Source of the DNA: an uncultured Verrucomicrobiae bacterium
GTDB taxonomy: Bacteria; Verrucomicrobiota; Verrucomicrobiia; Limisphaerales; JAFGQR01
Length of the DNA: 64,000 nt
NCBI GenBank assembly: GCA_963788655.1
Contig: CAWBHS010000072.1
Coordinates: forward strand, 352,001 to 416,000
Reading direction: 5' to 3'
In this document: positions 46,357 to 58,195 of the stretch, one piece after another
Numbering within the stretch: the first letter of the stretch is position 1
Layout of the letters: each line of letters opens with the position of its first letter
Translations under genes and position numbers: made by a program
The notes under the pieces: generated by a model
What the model saw: only the letters and a program-made list of their open reading frames with translations
Told to the model about the DNA's origin: nothing
Database searches by the model: none

Positions 46357-47235
46357 TCAGTAGGTGTGTTTCACGCTCGTGTGGTCCAGCAACCAATAGA
46401 AGTCGGCCTCCGCGTCTTCCTCCACCGCAAAGGGAAGGTTTGCGCCGTCCGGACGGGCGGGACGTTGCGTAGCCGCGTTGAGCCAGGGATGGCTTGCGGC
46501 ATGGCCATCGGCATACGCCAGATTGGCGCCGCCCCGGTGATAGGACGCCGGCAGGTCGTTCCATTCGTGCGAATAGAACCGGTTGACGAAATACCCATCG
46601 TTGATGCTGTCCGGATGTTCTTCAATGAAGACAAAGATCCGTGCCGGTTCCGGTACCTGCGAGACGCTAAAGAACTGCGTGTAGTGCGGATTGTTAACGT
46701 TGGCACCGTTGGTGGCGAACTCACCCGCATTGCCAATCATCGCATTCATGGACACGCTGCGCACCCGCTGGCGCCATCCCTCCGTTCGTTGAATGTCGCT
46801 CAGTGCCGTGTCTTGTGGACAACGGTAAAGCTCGGTACCGCTGCTTACATAGGGCCCGATCCCGCCGGTAAGCAGTAACGTCCGATTGGTGTTTTCGGGC
46901 TCCAATTCCCAGGTCATCACGTTGTTCACCCAGTTCCTATAGCGCCGTTGCTCGACCGTAAGCCGAGTTTCATCGGCACCGAAGTTATTGGGAAATCGGT
47001 CGTCGAAATCGCCGGCATACATGAGTGTCGCGAGCATTAATTGACGCTGATTGCTCAAACAGACCAGCTTTTCTCCCTGGGCTTTGGCGTTCACCAACGC
47101 GGGCAACAAGATGGCGGTTAAGATCCCGATGATCCCAATGACCACCAGCAATTCGATCAACGTAAATGCGGCCGGTTTTCCTAACCGGCCGGTCGCGTCA
47201 CCAAGTTCCTTTGGGATTGGGGGCCAGACACTCAT
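46357..47235 (-). CDS. Prepilin-type N-terminal cleavage/methylation protein with H-X9-DG motif (DUF1559-like)
   Basis: AFTLIELLVVIGIIGILTAILLPAL, CLSNQRQL, YRCP.D, YHRGGANLAYADGH. Confidence 0.92.
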   Translation of the reverse strand: MSVWPPIPKELGDATGRLGKPAAFTLIELLVVIGIIGILTAILLPALVNAKAQGEKLVCLSNQRQLMLATLMYAGDFDDRFPNNFGADETRLTVEQRRYRNWVNNVMTWELEPENTNRTLLLTGGIGPYVSSGTELYRCPQDTALSDIQRTEGWRQRVRSVSMNAMIGNAGEFATNGANVNNPHYTQFFSVSQVPEPARIFVFIEEHPDSINDGYFVNRFYSHEWNDLPASYHRGGANLAYADGHAASHPWLNAATQRPARPDGANLPFAVEEDAEADFYWLLDHTSVKHTY

Positions 47236-47566
47236 CGGTTACCGCATATTCATTGCTGTCGAATCGATTGGTGAACCATAGTGCATTTTGACGGCCTGTC
47301 AAAGTGACAGTTATGCCCACGATCATCATAACGAATATACCGATCCCTCACGGAGGAGCGCAGTCTCAACCGGTTCGCTTGGCCTGGTCACTTTCGCCGA
47401 TGGTCGGTCGGTTTCGTCGGATATTGGTGGGCGTCCGGGAAATTCAAGCCCGGCGGGACGCTGGTCCTGCGTGTGCCGCAGTGAGCGGCGCGGTGGGCGG
47501 GTTATACGGGCAATTCAAATGCAGGCTTGAGCCCGACGCGCGACATGGCATGTTGGGGGCGCCAAC

Positions 47567-47650
47567 GCGCGCGTGGCGGAATGGCAGACGCGCCAGACTT
47601 AGGATCTGGTCTCGGAAGAGGTGGAGGTTCAAGTCCTCTCGCGCGCACCA
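47567..47650 (+). tRNA. tRNA-Leu (anticodon TAG)
   Basis: Acceptor GCGCGCG/CGCGCGC + A + CCA. D arm TGGCGGAATGGCAGACGC. Anticodon arm CCAGA-CTTAGGA-TCTGG. Long variable arm. T arm GAGG-TTCAAGT-CCTC. Confidence 0.97.
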
Positions 47651-47683
47651 AATCTTAGCAACGGTTCGGCGGACGGCGGGCAG

Positions 47684-48124
47684 TCAGCCGCCGGTTTTGC
47701 GTTGTTCCACCCAAACCTTGCCCAGATCCTGCAGGGTTTGTTTCTTCATGACTTTTTCGGCCAAAGAAAAAACGATGCGCTCCTCGTGATCGAAATGCTT
47801 GCGTGAAGCGAGTACGGCCTGGTGCAACAATTTGCGGGCCTGGGGCGCACGGGAGGCTTTCAAGGCCTCGGCCAGGCTGTGATCGATCTCCCGATGCTCG
47901 CGCTCGAAGGTGTCGTGTTGGCCCATTTGTTCGAGGCAATGTTCCAGGGGCGCAAAAATCCATTCCTCTTCCACCCCGCCGTGTTTCCGCAGTAATCCTT
48001 CCAAGAGCCCAGCGAACGCCTGCACTTCAGCCAGGGTTTTCAATTTGGGCAACGCCCGTTCGATATGATCAAAGATGTTGTGAAACACCACGTGTTCAGC
48101 CAGCAAAGCTTCGGTAATTTTCAT
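47684..48124 (-). CDS. Hemerythrin/HHE cation-binding domain protein
   Basis: MKITEALLAEH...KHGGVEEEWIF...EREHREI...KHFDHEERIVF. Confidence 0.85.
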   Translation of the reverse strand: MKITEALLAEHVVFHNIFDHIERALPKLKTLAEVQAFAGLLEGLLRKHGGVEEEWIFAPLEHCLEQMGQHDTFEREHREIDHSLAEALKASRAPQARKLLHQAVLASRKHFDHEERIVFSLAEKVMKKQTLQDLGKVWVEQRKTGG

Positions 48125-48439
48125 GCGCAGCCACATGTTTAGCAAAACCACGGCCAAGATCAACAGCGGTTCACCCGGCGAGCGGCTGGCCTCTTGCCGG
48201 CAGGGCGCACGAGGGAAGGCCAATTGAACGGGGCCGATCGATTCGTGGGCGCTTGTGACATTCGATTCTGCCGGCGAGACGCCGACAGCACGCTTAATCA
48301 CCCCGCCTGGATCTTGACATTCCGCCGGTATTTATGGTATGCCATCAGCCGTGAAGCCCCGAAGGAACAACAACTCATTTCGTTTAGACTCGTGTTGGGT
48401 CTATCAGCCAAAGCCATCCCCACAATATTGAGAATCCCT

Positions 48440-51184
48440 ATGTCGATGACGCTTTTTCCTGCCAACCTACGGACTTGCCGTAGTCGATTGCTCCGCAAGC
48501 TGCTGATTGGCCTTTGTCTGACTGCTAGCGCACTCCAAAATCCATGGTCAACTGCTGCTGCCGTTCCACCATCGCGATACGCTGAAGGCGAGTTGCTGGT
48601 CAAATTCAAAGGCGGAGCGCGCAGCGCCGCCGCCGAGGACGCCCGACGGGTGATGCATCATGTGGTCAAGCGGCGCTTCGACCGGATCGGCTGGCAGCAC
48701 ATCCAATTGCCGCCGGGGCGGACGGTGGCTGAGGCACTCGAACCGTATCGCCGGCGCGCCGATGTGCTGGCGGTGGAACCGAATTACTTGCTCGAAGTGG
48801 TGCCCTGGTGTGCTGCCCCGCAAGTCGTCCCGAACGATCCTCAATTTGTCAATCAGTGGGGCTTGCTCAAAATCGGCGCGACCAATGCCTGGGCGGTGAC
48901 TGCCGGCAGCCACGACGTGGTTGTGGCCGTCATCGACAGCGGAGTGGACTACCGTCATGAAGACTTGGCGGCGAACATCTGGAACAATCCAGGCGAAACC
49001 GGGCTCGACAGCAAGGGTGGCGACAAGGCAACCAATGGCGTCGATGACGATGAGAACGGCTACGTGGACGACGTTCACGGGATCGACGTGGTCAGCCACG
49101 ACGGCGATCCGGCGGACGGGTATTGGAGTCTGTGGTCCCACGGCACCGCGTGTGCCGGCGTCATCGGCGCGGTGGGCAACAACGGACGCGGCCTCGCGGG
49201 TGTAAACTGGGCGGTCCAAGTGCTGGCCATTCGTTTCCTGGCCAACTCGTCCAGCAATTACGTCTATTCCGTAGGATTTGTAGAAGCTTGCTGTTATTTG
49301 TTGGACCTGCAATCGCGGGGAGTAAACATTCGCGTGACCAGCAACAGTTACGGCTTCACCAGCCCGCCCCCCGAGGTCGTGCGGACCGCCATCGAGTCGC
49401 TGGGTCAGGCGGGCATCCTGAATGTGTTTGCGGCCGGCGAAAAATTTGGCGGTGGCGGCACGGATTTGGATACCAACCAGATTGTCTTCCCGCAGTGCTA
49501 CCATTCGCCGGGCATGATCAACGTGGCTGCTTCGGACAAGAACGATAATTTTTACACCAACCACTCCAACTGGGGGGCTGCCACGGTGGACCTGGCGGCG
49601 CCAGGCGTGGAAATTGTCACGACCCAGGGCGGCTCGCCGCACACTCTTTACTACAAAGATTCAGGCGGCATTCAAGGCACCTCCCTGGCTTGTCCATACG
49701 TAGCCGGGGCGGCGGCATTACTGGCGGCGGCCTATCCCTATGCCACGGCGGACCAGATTAAGACCGCTCTATTGGAATCCGTGGATATCGTGCCCGGCCT
49801 GACCGGTTGGGTGGCGTCCAACGGGCGGCTCAATGTCGGACGGGCCGTGCAGCACCCGATTCTGTCGAGCAATGCCCCGCCGTTCATTACCATCGCACCG
49901 CGATCGCAGACCAAGGGCGTGGGCGACTGCGCCATGTTTTGCGTTACCGTCACCGGTACCAACCTGGATTACCGATGGCAGTTTAACGGGATGACGTTGA
50001 CCAATAGCGACCGGATCAGCGGCGCCACCACCGCAAGCCTATCCCTCTGCCACCTGGAGACCACCGACACCGGCGATTACACGGTTGTCGTTAGCAACGA
50101 CTGGGGAATGGTCACCGGCACCGTGGCGACGCTCACCGTGACAACTTGTCCGGTGATTCTGGTCCAACCGCAAAGTCAGCAGGTGTTGGATGGGACGAAC
50201 GTTTCGCTCACCGTCGAGGCGGTCGGCATGCCACCTTTGGCTTACCAATGGCAACGCAACAACCTGGAAATTGACGGGGCCACCAACGCCTTGCTCTCAT
50301 TACTAGGGGTGGTTCCGGCGGATTCGGGGGAATACCAAGTGGTCGTCAGCAACGCCTGCGAAATGGTGACCAGCGATGCGGCGACGGTTACGGTATTGGG
50401 TCGGCCTTGGATGGTTGCTCCTCCACGGAGTCAGACGGTCGCATCGGGCAGCGATGTTGATTTGAGTCTGACCGTCACGAATACCGCCAGTTTGCCCATC
50501 GCGTTTGTTTGGCTGAAGACTAATGCGCCGATCAAGTACACTTCGATGGTATTGACCGACGTTACCAGCACCATTCATCTCACCAACGTCCAGTGCGACG
50601 TAGCTGGCACCTGGCGCGTGGTCGTCACTAACGAGGCGGGCACGCTTGGGTGGCAATCGATTCTTAGTGATCCCGCCTACCTGACCGTCGTAGAACCGCC
50701 CGCCAGCCAGTCCGTCCCGCCGGGAAGCGACGTGACGTTTACTGGCTCTGCGTGCGGCTCGGCGCCGATCAGTTACCAGTGGCAGTTCAATGGGCTGAAC
50801 CTGATGGATGGGGGCCGGTTCAACGGCGCAAGGACTGCGGCGTTGGCCATTTCAGGGGTCGAATTGCCGGATACCGGCAGTTACACATTGGTGGTAACGA
50901 ATGCCGCCGGTGAACCAACGAGTTTTACGGCTTACCTAAATGTGCTCGTGGCCTGCGAACAGCCGACGGTTCGATTGGTCCCCTGCGGAGATTCGTCCTT
51001 GGGATGGTGCGCGGAGATTTGCTGGCCTGAACGTTTTGATTGTGTTCCCCAATCGAGCGACAGCCCGGATGGCAACTGGCAGCCCTGGACCGGGCCCATT
51101 CAGGCGGTGCCGGGTGGCAATTATCTGCGCCTTCCGGTCAATCAGGGCGCGATGCGATTTATTCGATTGGAGTGTGGTGAATAA
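48440..51184 (+). CDS. Secreted subtilisin-like S8 protease with prodomain, four Ig-like domains and C-terminal RFIRL domain
   Basis: GELLVKFK prodomain. Catalytic triad VIDSG / HGTACAG / GTSLACP. NGVDDDENGYVDDVHG insert. Y.WQ.N...D.G.Y.VVV.N Ig repeats. Confidence 0.92.
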   Translation: MSMTLFPANLRTCRSRLLRKLLIGLCLTASALQNPWSTAAAVPPSRYAEGELLVKFKGGARSAAAEDARRVMHHVVKRRFDRIGWQHIQLPPGRTVAEALEPYRRRADVLAVEPNYLLEVVPWCAAPQVVPNDPQFVNQWGLLKIGATNAWAVTAGSHDVVVAVIDSGVDYRHEDLAANIWNNPGETGLDSKGGDKATNGVDDDENGYVDDVHGIDVVSHDGDPADGYWSLWSHGTACAGVIGAVGNNGRGLAGVNWAVQVLAIRFLANSSSNYVYSVGFVEACCYLLDLQSRGVNIRVTSNSYGFTSPPPEVVRTAIESLGQAGILNVFAAGEKFGGGGTDLDTNQIVFPQCYHSPGMINVAASDKNDNFYTNHSNWGAATVDLAAPGVEIVTTQGGSPHTLYYKDSGGIQGTSLACPYVAGAAALLAAAYPYATADQIKTALLESVDIVPGLTGWVASNGRLNVGRAVQHPILSSNAPPFITIAPRSQTKGVGDCAMFCVTVTGTNLDYRWQFNGMTLTNSDRISGATTASLSLCHLETTDTGDYTVVVSNDWGMVTGTVATLTVTTCPVILVQPQSQQVLDGTNVSLTVEAVGMPPLAYQWQRNNLEIDGATNALLSLLGVVPADSGEYQVVVSNACEMVTSDAATVTVLGRPWMVAPPRSQTVASGSDVDLSLTVTNTASLPIAFVWLKTNAPIKYTSMVLTDVTSTIHLTNVQCDVAGTWRVVVTNEAGTLGWQSILSDPAYLTVVEPPASQSVPPGSDVTFTGSACGSAPISYQWQFNGLNLMDGGRFNGARTAALAISGVELPDTGSYTLVVTNAAGEPTSFTAYLNVLVACEQPTVRLVPCGDSSLGWCAEICWPERFDCVPQSSDSPDGNWQPWTGPIQAVPGGNYLRLPVNQGAMRFIRLECGE

Positions 51185-51239
51185 CTCAAGCCGGCTCCTA
51201 CTGAAGTGGCGTAACTCAATTATCAACTTGGATCAAAAG

Positions 51240-51300
51240 GGCAGGTGAATGGAGGCAAGGGCATGCAGTCCTTTGGTTCCTTTGCCTACGTTCCCTTGCC
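51240..51300. repeat. Intergenic inverted repeat / possible terminator
   Basis: GGCAGGTGAATGGAGGCAAGGG pairs imperfectly with CCTTTGCCTACGTTCCCTTGCC. Confidence 0.5.
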
Positions 51301-51474
51301 TGTTTACCCGCGGAACTCACTCGATTGTGCCAAACTCCGTCGCGCCATGAATACCCTCGTCACTTCCTAAAACCAATCGCCGGAACCGCGACCAACCTGA
51401 AGGGCGTTGGACATTCGGAAAAGATTCTGTTGCTGCTGCTCCGCGATTATGTTACGAACACGTTACGAAGCCAC

Positions 51475-54400
51475 ATGAAACCGTTGCCTGTTTTATTATC
51501 TTTGGGATCGGTCGCTGTGCTCCTTGGCGCTCTCTCCAGCCCCGGCCAAGTGGTTCTCTCCGAATTCATGGCCATCAATGGCAGTTCTCTCGCGGATGAG
51601 GATGGCGAGCATTCCGACTGGATCGAAATTCACAATTACACCGCCCACGCCGTCAATTTGCTTAATTGGTCATTGACGGACAATCCGGGCAATCCCGCCA
51701 AATGGAGATTCCCGGCCACCAACCTCAATGCCGGTGATTTCCTGATCGTGTTTGCCTCGGAGAAGGACCGGCGGACGCCAGGTGCGCCGTTGCACACCAA
51801 CTTCAAACTTTCCGGTAACGGTGAGTATTTGGCGTTGCTCTCGCCGGAGCGGGTCGTCGTTACGGAATTTGCCCCGGAATACCCGCCGCAATTCGCTGAG
51901 GTGGCTTATGGATTCACCATTCCGGTGACCAATTTCACGTTGGTCGCCACGGACGCACCCGTCCAGGTGATGGTGCCAGCGGACGATGGTTTTGGCAGTG
52001 CCTGGACGCTGCCCGGATTCGATGATAGCGCGTGGATCGCCGGCACGAACGGCGTGGGCTTTGACACCGGCGAAGCCGATCCGGAAGGCGGCAGCGTGTC
52101 GTTTACCAACGCAATTCACACGGATTTGAGCGACGTGATGCCGGGGCAGAACAGTTCCGCCTATCTGCGTTATGCGTTCAACCTGGATGATCCGTCGCAA
52201 GTGAATCGCCTGGTGCTGCACGTTAAATATGACGACGGTTTTGTGGCGTATCTCAATGGCAACAGGGTGGCTTGGCGTCAGGCCCCTGACGAATCGGCTT
52301 ATGATTCCGCCGCTACGGCACCGCATCCAGATGACGCGGCACTGCAATTTGAAGAGGTAAGCCTCACCGATTCTGCCGGCGCGCTCTTGGTCGGCCCGAA
52401 TGTGCTGGCGATACAAGGATTGAATGTCAGTGCGACGAATGTGGACTTCCTGATCGTCGCGGAATTATCCGCTGACACGCTGGGCGACTATAGCCCCGAA
52501 CCACGGTACTTCACGCATGCAACTCCCGGTGCCCCCAATGGTCTGGGTACCACCGACCTGGGGCCAATCATCAGCCGCCTGGATGCCATCCCCGCGCCAC
52601 CTTATCAGCCAACGGACGCGGACGACCTCACCGTAGTGGCCCAAGTCACGCCGTCCTTTTCCCCAGTGACGAACGTGGTCCTGAACTGGCGGGTAATGTT
52701 CGGACCAACCAATACCACGCCCATGCGGGACGACGGTTTGCACGGTGACGGCCTAACGGGCGACCGGATTTACGGCGCCATCATTCCGGCGGGCGCGGCG
52801 ACCAACGGCCAGATGGTGCGCTGGTATGTCACGGCGCACGATGCCCAAGGCCGCCAGTCGCGCTGGCCGCTGTTTGAAGATCCGAACAACTCGGCGGAAT
52901 ACTTGGGCACCGTTATCGTCGATCCGAACGTCGTTACCAAGCTGCCGCTCTTCCAAGTTTTTATCTCCTCCGAGAACGTAGCCGGCATCGACCTCGAAAG
53001 TGGGGCGCGCGTGTCGTTTTTCTACGACGGCGAGTTCTACGATAACATTTACATGGAACGGCGTGGTAACACGACGGCAGCCTACCCCAAGAAGTCGCAC
53101 CGCTTGGAGTTTAATTCCGAGCATCCGCTGCGACATCCCGGCCCCGGCGGACGCATTCTGAAAACTTCGTTGCTGGCCGAACACGCGGACCCGTCCTATC
53201 TGCGGCAGCACCTGTCGTTTTGGATGATGGATTTGATGGGCGTTCCGACACCGTTCGATTATCCCGTGCGCGTCCAGACCAATGGTGTCTTTTACCAGCT
53301 TGCGTTTCACAATGATGTGCTGGGCAAGGACCAGGCGGAGCGCTTGGGGTATCCGCCGAATGGCGCCCTCTACAAAGCGGCCGGCACCATTCAGACCAAT
53401 TATTACAGCACCGGTGGTTTCGAGAAGAAAACCCGACAGTGGGAAGGCCGGGAGGATTACGATGCGTTGGTGTTGGGCATCATTGAAACGAACAGTCTCG
53501 CGGAACGTCGCGCCTATGTTTTTGATCACTTGAACGTGCCGGAGATCATCAACTATTTAAGCGTGGCGCGGTTCACTGAGGAAGGCGACGACGTCTGGGC
53601 CAACATGTCGTTGTATCGCAACACGGACGGGAACGGCGAATGGAGCATTATTCCGTTCGATTTGAACGTCTCCTGGGGCCAACTCTATTGCGGCGATGCG
53701 CCGACGTTGTTCAACACGATCGTGGCCACCAACGACGCCCAGAAAAGCCATCCGCTGTACGGCGGCTCGCAAGTGAAGGTCGGCTATCGTCCCGACGTGT
53801 GGAACCGCATCTACGATGTGATCATCGCCGTGCCGGAAACGCGGCAAATGTTGTTGCGTCGCATTCGCACGCTCATGGACAAGTTTGTGCAGCCGCCCGG
53901 CACGCCGTTCGAACAGTCTATCATCGAACAGCACATTGTCAGCGTTACCAATCTGATCTGGCGCGAGGCGTTTCTCGATCGGGAGAAATGGGGTTGGCCC
54001 TGTTCCGGCACGTGCGGCATGTACTGTTGGGGGACCGATTTGTGGCTGACCAACGGGGTGGACGGTTTGATCAGCGAGTTTAACGAACCGCGACGGGAAC
54101 ATTTCTTTTTCACCCATTGCGTGGTGAACACGAACGTGCCGGTCAGCTTGGGCAACAGTTACAATGCCGGCATTCCCCTCGAACAACCCAACGATACGTG
54201 GCTTTGGGTCAGCGAACTGGACTACAATCCTGCCTCGGGTAACCAAGCTGAAGAATACTTATGCCTGACCAATCCCAATCCGTACGCGGTGGACTTGTCC
54301 GGTTGGAAACTGGACGGCGCCGTGCGGTTCGCATTCCAGTCGGGAACGGTGATTCCTTCCAATAGCGTGCTCTACGTATCGCCCGACGTGGTGGCGTTCC

Positions 54401-57400
54401 GCGCCCGCACGAATGGTCCCAATGGCAGCCAGGGGTTCTTCGTGCAGGGACCTTATCAGGGACAACTATCAGCCCGTGGAGAAACGTTGCTGATCAAGAA
54501 CGACCATGGCTTGGTGGTCAGCACCAACACCTACGTGGGCGATCCGAGTCCGGCGCAGCAGTATTTGCGCATTACGGAACTGATGTTCAATCCCGCTCCG
54601 CCGTCGGGCTATCCGGGCGATGCGCAGGCGTTCGAATTCATCGAACTTAAAAACATCGGGCCGGCGCCGCTCGACTTGACCGGAGTCTATTTTACCAACG
54701 GAATTCAATTCGCCTTTGCCGGCAGCGCGGTGACGAGCCTGGACCCAGGACAAATCGTGCTCGTGGCCCAGGATGTGACCGCGTTTACGGCCCGATACGG
54801 AACGGGCTTCAACCTTGCCGGCCAATACGAGGGATTCCTGGATAACGCCGGGGAGCGAATCCGGTTGTTGGATGCGCACAATGAAGAGATTCTGGACTTC
54901 GAATATAACGACACCTGGTATCCCGCCGCGGACGGGTTTGGTTTCTCGTTGGTCATCGTGGACGAAAATGCCGAACCGGATCTTTGGGGTGACCGCAGCA
55001 ATTGGCAACCCAGCGGAACGCGTGATGGTTCGCCCGGAACTCAGCCGGCTGTGCCGGCGATTGCGCCGATCATCATCAATGAAGTGCTCACGCACACCGA
55101 CCCGCCGCTTCAGGATGCCATCGAGATCTTCAATCCCACCGGCGACGAAGTGGATGTTGGCGGCTGGTTTCTAACGGACGACCGGAATACGCCGCAGAAG
55201 TATCGCATTCCCGACGGCACCCTGATTGCCGCCGGTGGTTATCGCGTTTTCTACGAAACGAATTTTAATCCGTTCCCTGGTGTGCCCCCCAGCTTTGCGC
55301 TGAGTTCGGACGGCGACGAAGTGTATCTCTACTCGGGCGACGCGCAGACCAATTTGACTGGTTACGCGTATGGCCTGGCGTTTGACGCGGCGGCGAGCGG
55401 AGTATCGCTTGGTTGGTACACCAACAGCGTTCGTGAAACCCATTTTGTGCCGCAAGCCACCGTGAGCCTGGGCAGCGACAATGCGGGCCCCAAAGTGGGG
55501 CCGGTCATCATTCGCCAAATTATGTATCACCCGCTGGACTTGCTTGGTGGCTTGGACAACCCAGCGGACGAGTTCATCGAATTGCACAACTTGAGCGACC
55601 AGGCGGTGCCCTTGTTTGCGCCGATGTTTCCGACCAACACTTGGCATCTCCGGGGCGGCGTGGAGTTCGACTTTCCGACCAATGTGACATTGCCGCCGGG
55701 CAATTCCCTGCTGGTCGTGAACTTTGATCCGAACCATGCGGAAACGCTTACGGCATTTCGTTCGCGGTATGTCACAGTCGCCGACTTGCCGGTTTATGGT
55801 CCGTACAGCGGTAAGTTGGACAATGATACCGACCGCGTGGCGCTCAACCGTCCCGATACGCCCAACGCCAACGGCGTGCCGCGCATTTTGGTGGAGGAAG
55901 TCAATTATCACGACGCGTCGCCGTGGCCGGACGCGGACGGCAACGGGGCTGCGCTTCAGCGGCTGGACCCGACGCAATACGGCGATGATCCGGTCAATTG
56001 GCGGGCGATTTCCGATTTGGCCAATCTCACTGCGTGGCCACACACCAATATCGTGTTCAGCGTGGTGGCCATCGGCGCCGGCCCGTTGCAATACCAATGG
56101 CAGCACAATGGAACCAACCTCGAGGGAGCGACCGCGGCATCCCTGGCGATTGACGATGTCGAGCCCATAGACGCCGGTGAATACTGGGTCATTATCACCG
56201 ATGATGCCGGTTCGGTTCAGGTGGGGCCGGCGGTGCTAACGGTGCCGGTCGAGCCGACGATCTTGCACCAACCGGTCCCGTCGCACTACGACCTTGTCGC
56301 GGGAAATACGGCGACTCTGAGCATCGCTGCGGCCAGTAGCACCACGCTGCGCTACCAGTGGTTCCACGACGATGCGGAATTGCCCGGAGAAACCAATGCC
56401 ACTCTGGCACTGGCCAATGCCCAGGCGGCCAATGATGGCGATTACACGGTTCTGGTTGCCGACGATTACGGCTCGGTCTTGAGCGACACGGTGAACCTCA
56501 AGACCTGGGTGCGGCCGACCATTTCGGTGGCCTCATGGCCGCAGCCACGCAACCAATCGGTGGTGGCGGGCGGCACGGCCACGATTACGGTGGCCGTACA
56601 GACCACCGCCACGCTGCCTTTGTTGTACCGCTGGAAGCGCATCGACTGGGAAACCAACTATGTCTATGAACTGGATTCGTACACGAATGTGTTGGTGCTG
56701 ACGAATATCAATGCCGTGGACCATGCCGGTGGCTGGCGGGTAGTCGTGAGCAATTTTGCCGGCGAAGCCAGCACGTTCTTCACCGCCAACCTCACCGTGC
56801 TCGAACCACCGACGATCACCGAGCAGCCTGACGGACCAGTTGGTGAATCCAGGCGAGACGGCGACGTTCTCGGTCACCGCCGCGGGGACGGCGCCTTTCA
56901 GCTACCAGTGGTGGCACAATGAAGCTGATCCGGTCAGTGGGGCCATGGGAGCCATATTGTCGGTGCCGGACGCTCAACCCGGGATTAACGACGGTGCCTA
57001 CAGGGTAATCGTGACGAACAATTACGGTGCGGTCACGAGTGACGTTGCGCACTTGATCATTCGTGCGGAGCCGGGTGTCGTTACCCAGCCTACCAATCAA
57101 ACCGTTACTCCCTGTGCCTCCAACGTGGTGTTCTGTGTCGAGGCGGAGGGCGGCGGCCCGTACACGTACCAATGGTATTTCAACGACACCAATGCCTTGC
57201 CCGAGGCGACCAATGCCACTTTGGTGCTATCCAATTTGGATCTGGCCGCGCTGGGCAGTTTCCAGGCGGTCGTGACCAATGCCGTGGGTGCCGTCACCAG
57301 TCAGGTGGTGGTGCTTTCGTATCTTTGGGGCGACTGTGACGGCGACGGTCTGCCGGACCAATGGGAATTGGAGCATGGTTTGGCGGCGAATGATCCGGCC

Positions 57401-57725
57401 GATGGCGACTTGGATTCGGATCACGACGGACTAAGCAATCGCGAAGAATTTCAGGCGGGGACCGATCCGCAGGATGATCAAAGTACGCTGCGGGTTGAAC
57501 TGGTGGACGGCGGCACCAGCGGCGTGCCGACTTCGTTTCTATGCCGTATCGGGGATCGGTTACACCGTGCAATTCCGGACCAACCTGACGTCGGCTCCCT
57601 GGTTGAGCCTGACCAACCTGGCCGCGCAGGAGGTGAGCGGCCCCATAGAATTTGCTGATCCAGCAGTGTTGATCGACGGCAGCCGTTTTTACCGTCTCGT
57701 AACGCCGATGACACCTCCGCGATAA
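51475..57725 (+). CDS. Giant secreted LTD/CotH-kinase protein 3 (about 2080 aa rejoined) with C-terminal Ig domains, Ca-binding repeat and RFYR domain
   Basis: ORFs 51325-56922, 56756-57658 and 57474-57725 joined near 56827 and 57530. Signal peptide MKPLPVLL... CotH motifs RRGNTT..YPKKSHRLEF and WSIIPFDLN. Five LTD-type starts. Confidence 0.85.
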
Positions 57726-57747
57726 TCGATCCTCAGCCAGGCAACTC

Positions 57748-58035
57748 GTAGGACAGGCGTCCCGCCTGTCCTGAAACTCCGGAGGACTTCGACATGGGCC
57801 GCAACGCCTCATTCAGCGATAAGCCTGTCGAGGTGTTCAGGAAGCCCAGAGCAATATGATTAACGCTCTGGTGGGACGGCTTGCGTTTTGGCGCGCCAGC
57901 GTTTGGAGTGCGTCCGGCTTGCCGGCGCTTTCGCAGGGGGATTGGGGTCCAATACTCAGCGGCATGAAGTTGGTATTCATGCGTTTCACTTTCATTGAAA
58001 GCGGGAGCAAGCTCCGCGCACTCCAAACGCTCCGC
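57748..58035. repeat. Composite REP-like element, copy B
   Basis: GTAG-GACAGGCG-tcc-CGCCTGTC (57748-57770). 42-nt unit at 57892-57933. Inverted partner at 57991-58035. Confidence 0.85.
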
Positions 58036-58195
58036 TTGAATCGGAAGCCGCAGGATTGGCAGGCCAACAAAAGACGATTCGATGACGTCAATGCACACCG
58101 CCATACTGATCGCTTGGAACATGCCACAAACAATCGAGCCGGCAACAATGCCGGCGCTCCGATTTGCAGGTCATTTGAGGTAAAGTCGGAACCGG

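Noticed and set aside
47567..47700. tRNA-Leu as an island integration site
   Set aside because: No integrase nearby, and no duplicated tRNA 3' end was seen in the window.
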